Below the pieces are notes generated by a model. It was not told the DNA's origin and searched no databases. It was given only the letters and a program-made list of their open reading frames with translations. From assembly GCA_040752415.1 (NCBI GenBank), contig JBFMGU010000325.1, positions 1-10,895 on the forward strand: a stretch of 10,895 nucleotides of DNA. The letters are read 5' to 3'. Made by a program: the position numbers and the translations under genes. This DNA comes from Myxococcota bacterium. Lineage in GTDB: Bacteria > Myxococcota > JACRCW01. Position 1 is the stretch's first letter; the number at the start of each line of letters is the position of its first letter. Positions 1 through 6,980 of the stretch are shown in pieces.

Positions 1-382
1 GGCCGTGGCCACTGACAAGGAGCACACGGCGATTGCGCATCAGCCGCGCGTAAGGCACACCATCACACGCAACTCGCACTCCATTTCAGCGATTCTTCAA
101 CCGTCGCGTTCACGCTGAGCCAACACACCCTGGGCGCGGGTCCATGCGCCTCGAGGGCCCGGCACTGGCGACAACAGCCGCGACACCTCAGGTCCAATGC
201 CATTGCTTGGCGAGCACGCGCCCGCGCTTCCGCGCGTGCGCAGTGTCCACGTGTCGTCATGACCACGTGGGAAGGCCATTCCCCGGTGAAGGGCGATGCG
301 TCTGCGCGGCCATGCACCGCAGGGCTGGCTGCCATGCGGGATCCTGACAATCGCCTCCCCACCCGACACGTCGTCAGCGGCG

Positions 383-958
383 TCAGAACAGTCCCGGCAC
401 GAACCGCGGCTTGTTGCCCATGGCCTCGCGGTAGCCGGGGATGGAGAACAGCGTCTCCTCTTCCGTCTTGATGCGCGCCATGAGCACCAGCCCATTCATG
501 ACGCTGAGCAGGATGGCGCTCAGGAACGCGGTGTGGATGAGCGGGATGACCGCCAGCTCCGTGATCACCACGAGGTAGTTGGGATGCCGGATGAAGCGGT
601 ACGGCCCCTCCGCCACCACGCGCGACGGCGCCACCACGCGCGCATTCCAGCTCTTGCCCAGCGTGCTCAGCGCCCACCAGCGCAGCACCTTGGCCAGTCC
701 CAGCATCAGCAGCGCCGGGCCACCCACGCTCCAGCTGAAGGGCCGGTTGAACACCAGCACCTCCAGCGGCGGAGCAATGAAGAGCAGCGCGTGCGTGGCC
801 ACCATGAAGTACCAGGCCGCTTCACGGACCGGCTTGACGCCGTCGCCCGCGCGCTCACCCTGGCGCTTCTTGCTGACAATCAGCTCGACAATCCGCTGCA
901 GCCCCTCCACGCCGAGCACGGCGACGAAGAGCGCATGCGTCCAGGTCAATTCCGGCAT
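383..958 (-). CDS. Isoprenylcysteine carboxyl methyltransferase (ICMT)-family membrane methyltransferase, SrsB/BpsB-like partner of a type III PKS
   Basis: 191 aa with several hydrophobic helices; ICMT motifs 'GPYRFIRHPNY' and C-terminal 'RIKTEEETL'; 'QRIVELIVSK' and 'LRWWALSTLGKSWNARV' resemble SrsB/BpsB-type proteins; GGAGG RBS at 966-970 (minus); lies 31 bp downstream of the type III PKS on the same strand. Confidence 0.9.
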   Translation of the reverse strand: MPELTWTHALFVAVLGVEGLQRIVELIVSKKRQGERAGDGVKPVREAAWYFMVATHALLFIAPPLEVLVFNRPFSWSVGGPALLMLGLAKVLRWWALSTLGKSWNARVVAPSRVVAEGPYRFIRHPNYLVVITELAVIPLIHTAFLSAILLSVMNGLVLMARIKTEEETLFSIPGYREAMGNKPRFVPGLF

Positions 959-989
959 GGATGACCCTCCCGAGTGCAGGCCTGACGAA

Positions 990-2048
990 TCAGACCTCCT
1001 GCCACTCCAACAGGCTCATCTCACAGGAGAACCCGGGACCGAACGCCGTGAGCAGACCCTTTTGGCCCGCCTTGGGACGGTAACGCTCGTACAGGTTCTT
1101 GTAGCAGACGGTCACCGACGCGCTGGACAGGTTGCCGCACTCCCGCAGCGCATCCCAGCTGCACGCGGTCTGCTGGCTGCTGATGCCAAAGAACTTCTCC
1201 ATGTTCTCCAGCACCTTGCGGCCACCCGGGTGGAACACGAAGAAGTCCAGGTCCTTGGTCTTGTAGCCGTGCGGCGCCAGCAGCTCCTCGACGAGCGGGC
1301 CCACCTTGGTGGTGACGGCGTCGGGGATGTCCTTGTCCAGGATGATGGAGAAGCCCTTCGCGGACACGTCGAAGCCCATGTAGTGGTAGCTGTCCGGGAA
1401 GATGAAGCTCTGGCTGGACAGGATCTTGGCGCCGGAGCGCGGGCGGTTGGTCACCACGCAGGCCACCGCGCCGTCGCCAAAGAGCGAAGCGCTGACCAGG
1501 TTGGTCATGGAGAAGTCATCCGCCTGGCACGCCAGCGAGGCCAGCTCCACGCTCACCATCAGCACGTTGGCGTCGGGGTGGGCGGCGCAGAAGTCACGCG
1601 CACGCGCCAGGCCCTGGGCGCCACCGGCGCAGCCCAGCTCCGTGATGGGCAGGCGCTTGGTGGTGCGCTTCATGCCCATGTCATTGATGAGGAACGCGTC
1701 CAGCGACGGAATCATGAAGCCCGTGCAGCTGGTGGTGATCACGAAGTCGATGTCGGTCGGCTTCATGTTGGCGTTCTCGATCGCCTCCTTGGCGGCCTTC
1801 ATGCCCAGCTTCTTGGACCACTCGATGTAGAGGTCGTTGCGGTACTTGAAGTCGGTGGGCTTGGCGTTCTCCAGGATGGGGCGCACCGAGTAGCGCGTCT
1901 CCACCTTGGAGTTCAGGAAGATCTTCTTGATCTGTCCCTTGTGGGGGAAATCAGGCCCCAGGATCTGGTCAAGAATGCGGTCAGCGTCCTCGGAGTGGCT
2001 GCCTTTGTAGTCCGGGAAAGCCGTGGCGGGGCGACAGATGACGGGCAC
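990..2048 (-). CDS. Type III polyketide synthase (chalcone/stilbene synthase superfamily)
   Basis: Catalytic triad motifs are present: Cys in 'ELGCAGG', His in 'VFHPGG', Asn in 'CGNLSSAS'; also 'LFGDGA', 'AFGPGFS' and 'TSCTGFMIPSLDA'. Start reassigned from the ORF-track 2186 to the in-frame GTG at 2048, which has a GGAGG RBS (2054-2058) 5 nt upstream and gives 352 aa, a typical family length. Confidence 0.95.
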   Translation of the reverse strand: MPVICRPATAFPDYKGSHSEDADRILDQILGPDFPHKGQIKKIFLNSKVETRYSVRPILENAKPTDFKYRNDLYIEWSKKLGMKAAKEAIENANMKPTDIDFVITTSCTGFMIPSLDAFLINDMGMKRTTKRLPITELGCAGGAQGLARARDFCAAHPDANVLMVSVELASLACQADDFSMTNLVSASLFGDGAVACVVTNRPRSGAKILSSQSFIFPDSYHYMGFDVSAKGFSIILDKDIPDAVTTKVGPLVEELLAPHGYKTKDLDFFVFHPGGRKVLENMEKFFGISSQQTACSWDALRECGNLSSASVTVCYKNLYERYRPKAGQKGLLTAFGPGFSCEMSLLEWQEV

Positions 2049-2105
2049 AACATCCTCCAACGCATCAGCGCTCGAAGGAGCGCAAGGTCCAACGTGGGGG
2101 GGCTT

Positions 2106-2132
2106 GGTATACGCGCCACGCTCCCCACGCAA
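2106..2132 (-). promoter_or_regulatory. Possible sigma70-type promoter for the PKS operon
   Basis: Minus strand reads TTGCGT-N15-TATACC about 60 nt upstream of the PKS start, next to a locally AT-rich patch (2136-2162). Spacing is short and the match is imperfect. Confidence 0.25.
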
Positions 2133-2181
2133 GCAGGAATAAATCGAGTTGAAGTCCAATTTGGCCCGACCTGCCGCGGAG

Positions 2182-2197
2182 TTCACTGACTGGTGAA
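2182..2197. promoter_or_regulatory. Palindromic operator-like site TTCAC-N6-GTGAA
   Basis: Perfect 5-bp arms TTCAC (2182-2186) and GTGAA (2193-2197) in the non-coding region upstream of the PKS. Confidence 0.3.
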
Positions 2198-2211
2198 TTG
2201 ATGGTGATCAC
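2198..2211. promoter_or_regulatory. FNR/CRP-family-like binding box
   Basis: TTGAT-GGTG-ATCAC matches 9/10 positions of the FNR consensus TTGAT-N4-ATCAA and is preceded by AA; such an AT-rich motif stands out in this GC-rich background. Confidence 0.4.
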
Positions 2212-2223
2212 GGTGCCGCCGTC

Positions 2224-2375
2224 GCAGCGGGGCCTTTCCCCCTCCCGCTCCCGCGCCCTCTCCCCCTCCCGGGCCGTCCGGCGGTGCACGCTTGATGACG
2301 TCGTCACTGCGCGGTTGCGTGGCCTTCCGGGAGGGGGAGCGGGAGAGGGAGGGGGAGGGGGAAAGGCCCCGCTGC
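2224..2375. repeat. Long imperfect inverted repeat: 49-bp arms (2224-2272, 2327-2375), 54-bp spacer, arms partly composed of TCCCNC-like hexamers
   Basis: Left arm GCAGCGGGGCCTTTCCCCCTCCCGCTCCCGCGCCCTCTCCCCCTCCCGG versus reverse complement of right arm GCAGCGGGGCCTTTCCCCCTCCCCCTCCCTCTCCCGCTCCCCCTCCCGG: ungapped, 45/49 identical, outer 23 bp perfect. Confidence 0.95.
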
Positions 2376-2397
2376 CACGACGTTGGCGCGGACGGAA

Positions 2398-4647
2398 TCA
2401 CGCGCTGGCGGGGTGCGAGCGCGCCAGCAGGGCGGCGAGGGCATAGCCGGCGGCGGCGGTGATGAGCGTCCACTGCAGGCCCATCTCGACGGAGAGCAGC
2501 ACGCTGAGCGCCCCACCCAGGACGGAGGCCGCACCGTTGAGGGCCCACGTCCACGCCACGCCGGAGGCTCCGGAGTGCCCCAGCGCCTGGCGCAGCAGCG
2601 CGGGGAAGGCCAGGCCCAGGGACGAGCCCAACGCCACCACCAGCAGGGCCGCACCGGCGACGCGCGGCGTGGGTTGCGCGGGCATCAACGCGGACGCCAC
2701 GGCGGGAACCACCACCGCCGCCAGGGCCACACCCACCGCGGCCAGCGCGCAGGCACCCCGTGGCTGTTGCAGGAACGGCACGTGGATGCGTGAGGAGACC
2801 ACGCTGGACGCGCCCGCGCCGACGAGGAGGCAGCCCACCACAACCGCGAAGCTGATGGACGGCGCGCCCAACAACACCGTGAGTCGACTCACCGTGGCCA
2901 GCTCCGCCAGCATGAACGCCACGCCCACCAGGATGGCGCCGAGCCGCGTGCCAAGGGGAAGGGGCTCCACGCCGTGGGCACTCGCTCCCAGCATGGCCAG
3001 CAGCCCCACCAGCGCCACCAGCACCGCCAGCAGCGCCAACACCAGCGCGTTGGGCAGCTCCTCCAACGCCATGCGCGCCGCGCGCGACTCGCTCTCCGCC
3101 CCGCGCACGCCATCCCGCCCGCCACGCAGCACCGCCACCACGTCGGAGAACGTCAGCGAGCCGAGCGTGCGACGCGCATGGAAGTAGGGGCGGTCGTCGG
3201 TGGGGAGGGGGCCGGGCACGCGCTCCGGCAGCGGAACCACCACGCCCCCCGGCGGAGGCGGGACCGGGGCACCACCCGCGGCGCTGTAGAGGAGCGCGGA
3301 GAGGAACCCGCCGTGGCCGGGAAAGGACCAGAGCGTGATGGCGCCGGAATCCCCCTCGGGGAGCGCACCCTGGAGGAGCCGGGCCATCGCGGACAGCTGG
3401 GCGTCGGGGCGGGTGAGGAAGAGCGTGCCCTGCTCCGTCAGGTGCGCGCGCAGCGTGGCCATGGATTCACGGGTGAACAGCGGGTCCTCCGCCAGCGCCA
3501 TGGCGCCGCTGGCCGCCGCGGCGTTGGAGATGGTGTGGATCATGACAATGGCGTCGAATCTCTCGTCGCTGCGCTCGAGATAGCTGCGCGCCTCGTCGTG
3601 GACGAGCAGCACGCGCGGGTCGCGGAACATCTCCCGCACCTCGGCGGGAGCGTGATGCCGCACGTAGTCCACCGTGACGCCGCTGACCTCCACCGCCACC
3701 ACGCGGGCCACCCCGTGTGAGAGCGCGCGGAACACCTCCCAACCGCCACCGCTCCCGACAATGAGGACGCTGCCGCCCCGGGCGCGTCGGAACGGCTCCG
3801 CCAGCTCATCCTCGACGGGCGGCAGCGTGCGCCAATGGGGAGGCAGGTTGGGCGCGCGGCTCACCGCGGTCCCGGCGTCCATCAGGATGCGCGGCCCCTC
3901 CGGCGTGCGCAGCACCTCCACGCGCGCCACGCCGTCCTCACCGCGGAAGTCCACGTGGCGGGGATCCTTCAGCACCCGCTCCGCCGGCAGGTTCCCCACC
4001 ACCTTGGTGTGCGTGACGTGCGGCATCAGCACCGGCGTGGCCACCGTGGAGAGGCCGCAGATCAGCGCGGCGCCCACGCCCAGGCCCAGCCGCACGCTGC
4101 GGTGCTCCGCCATCAACGCGCCCGCGGCGAGGCAGAGTGCGCCACTGAAGGGCAGGATCCCCGTCGAGCCGAGCACCGGGAGCAGCAGGAGCCCCGCGGC
4201 CCCGCCCACCGCCGCGCCCAGCAGGTCCGCGCCGTAGATCACGCGGGAGGGCAGCTTGGGATTGCCCAGCAGGTCGGTGAGGGCCAGGCCCACGGAGAAC
4301 AACGGGGCCGCCAGCGACGCCACCAGGAGCGGGGCGTCGAGGAGCTGGAGCGGGTCGTCGGCCAGGCGCGTGGGCTCCAGCGGGATGAGCCAGAGCATCA
4401 CCGGCTGCAGCAGGAACAGCGCGCTGGCGCTGAGGGCGGGGAGCAGGGGCCAGGGCGCGGCCGTGGGACGGATGGCGCGCAGCACGCCGGCGCACGCGGC
4501 ACCCAGCATGGCCACACTGACCAGCAGGAACGCAAAGTGGTACCACTGCGCGAACGAGAGGGCGCGGGTCAGCGCCACCTCATCCGCCATCACGGCGGCG
4601 GACAGGAGCGAGGCGGAAACGCAGGCTCGGGCAACCAGGCTCTTCAC
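2398..4647 (-). CDS. Polytopic membrane protein with central spermidine-synthase-like class I SAM-fold domain (fused MFS-like/spermidine synthase family)
   Basis: About 7 hydrophobic helices, then a Rossmann-like domain ('VLIVGSGGGWEV', 'VVAVEVS', 'HDEARSYL', 'RFDAIV', 'EDPLFTRE', 'PTDDRPYF'), then about 7 more helices ('WTWALNGAASVLGG'). Start placed at GTG 4647 because the ORF-track start at 4686 overlaps the divergent gene; ATG 4590 is an alternative but truncates the first helix. Confidence 0.8.
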   Translation of the reverse strand: MKSLVARACVSASLLSAAVMADEVALTRALSFAQWYHFAFLLVSVAMLGAACAGVLRAIRPTAAPWPLLPALSASALFLLQPVMLWLIPLEPTRLADDPLQLLDAPLLVASLAAPLFSVGLALTDLLGNPKLPSRVIYGADLLGAAVGGAAGLLLLPVLGSTGILPFSGALCLAAGALMAEHRSVRLGLGVGAALICGLSTVATPVLMPHVTHTKVVGNLPAERVLKDPRHVDFRGEDGVARVEVLRTPEGPRILMDAGTAVSRAPNLPPHWRTLPPVEDELAEPFRRARGGSVLIVGSGGGWEVFRALSHGVARVVAVEVSGVTVDYVRHHAPAEVREMFRDPRVLLVHDEARSYLERSDERFDAIVMIHTISNAAAASGAMALAEDPLFTRESMATLRAHLTEQGTLFLTRPDAQLSAMARLLQGALPEGDSGAITLWSFPGHGGFLSALLYSAAGGAPVPPPPGGVVVPLPERVPGPLPTDDRPYFHARRTLGSLTFSDVVAVLRGGRDGVRGAESESRAARMALEELPNALVLALLAVLVALVGLLAMLGASAHGVEPLPLGTRLGAILVGVAFMLAELATVSRLTVLLGAPSISFAVVVGCLLVGAGASSVVSSRIHVPFLQQPRGACALAAVGVALAAVVVPAVASALMPAQPTPRVAGAALLVVALGSSLGLAFPALLRQALGHSGASGVAWTWALNGAASVLGGALSVLLSVEMGLQWTLITAAAGYALAALLARSHPASA

Positions 4648-4673
4648 GGCGGTATCCGTCCAACCATCAACGC

Positions 4674-5258
4674 ATGCACAGCGCATTCTCCCGACGCAGC
4701 TTCCTTGCCACCACGGCCCTGGGCATGGCCAGCGGTTGCGTGCGCCGTGAAGGCGACGCTCCGCCGCCCGACGGCTCCGTGCAACCCACCGCCGAGCACG
4801 CCGAGCAGGCGCTGGGGCCCCGCACGCTGGGCATCCTCGAGGCGGCCATGGCCCGCATCCTCCCCTCCGACGAGGATCCCGGCGCGAAGGAGGCCCGCTG
4901 CGTCGAGTTCCTGCGGACCCAACTGGAGGATCCCCAGCTCGCCGCCGTCAAGCGGGAGATGCACCTGCTGGCGCGCGTGCTGGAAGCCGCCGCCAAGAAG
5001 GCCACCGGTGGTGCATTCCCCGCGCTCACCGCAGTCGAGCAGGACGAGATCCTGGGGCGGGCCGCGGAAGGGAAGCTGCCGCACCCGCGCGGCTTCGACG
5101 TCACGCACGCGTTCCGGGTCCTGGTCTCCTTCACGCTGGAGGGCTTCCTCTCCGACCCGCGCCACGGCGGCAACGCTGGCGGGGTGGGCTGGAAGTTCGC
5201 GCAGTTCGAGCCGCACGCGGGCCACGCGCACCACGGGCTGCCGGTGGTGGACAAGTGA
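4674..5258 (+). CDS. Gluconate 2-dehydrogenase subunit 3 (gamma)-family protein with twin-arginine signal, possibly a lipoprotein
   Basis: Tat motif 'SRRSFL', hydrophobic stretch ending 'ASGC' (lipobox-like); family motifs 'RILPSDEDPGA' and 'TLEGFLSDPRHGGN...GW'; its stop overlaps the GMC start (GTGA at 5255-5258). Confidence 0.88.
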   Translation: MHSAFSRRSFLATTALGMASGCVRREGDAPPPDGSVQPTAEHAEQALGPRTLGILEAAMARILPSDEDPGAKEARCVEFLRTQLEDPQLAAVKREMHLLARVLEAAAKKATGGAFPALTAVEQDEILGRAAEGKLPHPRGFDVTHAFRVLVSFTLEGFLSDPRHGGNAGGVGWKFAQFEPHAGHAHHGLPVVDK

Positions 5259-6913
5259 GCGCGGAGGTTTTTGACGCCGTGGTGGTGGGCTCCGGCGCGG
5301 GTGGCATGCCGGTGGCCCTCACGCTGGCGCGCGCCGGGTGGAAGGTGTGCGTGCTGGAGAAGGGGCCGTACCGCCAGGCGCATGAGTTTCCGCAGGACGA
5401 GGTGCTGAGCTGTCGTCGCAACTACTTCGTCCCCTACGCGGCCGACGAGCCGCACGTGCTGGTGCGCGAGGGCGGCGGCGGTCCGGAGCGCAGCTTCGAG
5501 GGGTGGACCAGCCACGGCGTGGGCGGCGGGACCGTGCACATGAGCGGATTCTTCTTCCGCCTGCACCCGGTGGACCTGAAGCTGCGCAGCACGCTGGGCG
5601 CGGTGCCCGGCGCCGAGCTGGCCGACTGGCCCTTCAGCTACGACGAGCTGGTGGCCGCCTACGACGAGGCCGAGCGCGAGGTGGGCGTGGCCGGCGTGGC
5701 GGGAACCAATCCCTTCGAGCCCAAGCGCGGCGCCTATCCGTTGCCGCCGGTGGAGACGCACCCGGTGTGCTCGCTTGTCGACGAAGCGGGCCGCAAGCTG
5801 GGCTGGCACCCGTTCCCCACGCCGCGCGCCATTGTCACGCGCCCCTACGACGGGAGACAGGCCTGCGTGTATTGCCGCTTCTGCGGCAGCTACGGCTGCG
5901 AGGTGAACGCCAAGAGCTCCACGCTGGCCTCCCTGCTGCCCAAGGCGCTGGCCACGGGGAGCCTCACGCTGCGGCCGCTCAGCATGGCCGCGCGCGTGGA
6001 GCTGGCCAAGGACGGGACCGCGCGTGGCGTCGAGGTGCGGGATGCCACGCCGGGCAAGGAGCAGACGAGCAGCTTCGTGGCGGCGCGGGTGGTGATCCTG
6101 GCGGCCTCCGCGGTGGAGAGCGCGCGGTTGCTGCTGATGTCGCCGGGGACGGGCGGAAAGGCGGTGGCCAACGGCAGCGGGCACGTGGGCCGGCACCTGA
6201 TGTTCAACACGTTCTCGGAGGCGGGCGGCATGCTTCCCTACGCCACGCACGAGAAACGTGTGCCGGATTTCCGCAGCAGCATGCCCTTCGTGGGGCGGAG
6301 CCTGTGGGATCACTATTACGACGCCAAGGCGCCCGAGGAGGTGCGCAAGAGCGGCATGCTGCGCGTGGGGTTCATGCATCCCAACCCCATCTTCCAGGCG
6401 GAGCGCGTGGCCACCCGCGACGGAAAGCTCCTCTGGGGCTCCGCGCTCAAGCAGGCCCTGCGCAAGCACTTCCACGACGGACTGCACGTGGAGGTGGAGA
6501 CCTTTGGTGAGTTCCTCCCCACGCCCGGCACCCACGTCACGCTGGACCCCGAGGTGAAGGACCGCTTCGGCCTGCCCGCGGCGCGCATCAACATCGCGCA
6601 TCATCCGCGCAACGGCCTGGTGGCGCGGCGACTGGCGACGGCGGGAGAGCAGCTGTTGCGGGCCATGGACGCCGTGGACGTGCACACGCGCGTGCCGCAC
6701 GGCGAGACCATGGTGCTGCAGCACGGGACGTGTCGGGCGGGGAAGGACCCGGCGGAGAGCGTGCTGGACCGGGACTGTCGCAGCCACGAGGTGAAGAACC
6801 TCTACGTCACCGACGGAAGCTTCATGCCCTCCAGCGGCGGCTGCCCCACCACGCTCACCATCCTGGCCAACAGCTTCCGCGTGGCGCACAAGATCATCGC
6901 CCAGTGGAAATGA
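5255..6913 (+). CDS. GMC-family FAD oxidoreductase (sugar/gluconate dehydrogenase large-subunit-like)
   Basis: FAD-binding 'VVVGSGAGG...LEKG', 'GVGGGTVHM', 'DWPFSYDEL', Cys cluster 'CVYCRFCGSYGC', 'ESARLLLMS', 'GTCRAGKDP..SVLD', 'NLYVTDGSFMP'; no signal peptide of its own; translationally coupled to the subunit-3 gene. Confidence 0.93.
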   Translation: MSAEVFDAVVVGSGAGGMPVALTLARAGWKVCVLEKGPYRQAHEFPQDEVLSCRRNYFVPYAADEPHVLVREGGGGPERSFEGWTSHGVGGGTVHMSGFFFRLHPVDLKLRSTLGAVPGAELADWPFSYDELVAAYDEAEREVGVAGVAGTNPFEPKRGAYPLPPVETHPVCSLVDEAGRKLGWHPFPTPRAIVTRPYDGRQACVYCRFCGSYGCEVNAKSSTLASLLPKALATGSLTLRPLSMAARVELAKDGTARGVEVRDATPGKEQTSSFVAARVVILAASAVESARLLLMSPGTGGKAVANGSGHVGRHLMFNTFSEAGGMLPYATHEKRVPDFRSSMPFVGRSLWDHYYDAKAPEEVRKSGMLRVGFMHPNPIFQAERVATRDGKLLWGSALKQALRKHFHDGLHVEVETFGEFLPTPGTHVTLDPEVKDRFGLPAARINIAHHPRNGLVARRLATAGEQLLRAMDAVDVHTRVPHGETMVLQHGTCRAGKDPAESVLDRDCRSHEVKNLYVTDGSFMPSSGGCPTTLTILANSFRVAHKIIAQWK

Positions 6914-6919
6914 TGCAGG

Positions 6920-6948
6920 CTGAACGGCGCCTGTTCCGGCGGTATGCT
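6920..6948 (+). promoter_or_regulatory. Possible promoter for the ATPase cassette
   Basis: TATGCT (-10-like, 6943-6948) with weak CTGAAC 17 nt upstream (6920-6925), about 30 nt before the ATPase start. Confidence 0.3.
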
Positions 6949-6980
6949 GGTGCGTGGCCGATAGAACGCTGGAGGCGCTC

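Noticed and set aside
1..84. Possible minus-strand gene start at the left edge (MRNRRVLLVSGHG from ATG 40), or an in-frame TGA read-through (MVCLTRG*CAIAVCSLSVATA)
   Set aside because: Too little sequence; no clear RBS for ATG 40 and no recognisable SECIS or homology to support recoding.
63..495. ORFs 63..677 -, 97..495 -, 144..347 +, 259..471 +
   Set aside because: Most overlap the methyltransferase; all lack motifs and a clear RBS and have Arg/Cys/Pro-rich composition typical of non-coding GC-rich DNA.
2049..2186. 46-aa N-terminal extension of the PKS in the ORF track
   Set aside because: The strong RBS sits before GTG 2048, and the extension crosses AT-rich promoter-like sequence with atypical codons.
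2224..2375. Hexamer tracts as a CRISPR array or as coding sequence (ORFs 2065..2307, 2183..2554, 2198..2446)
   Set aside because: No repeat-spacer periodicity and no cas genes; the ORFs only translate the low-complexity repeat (EREGER, SPSPSLSR).
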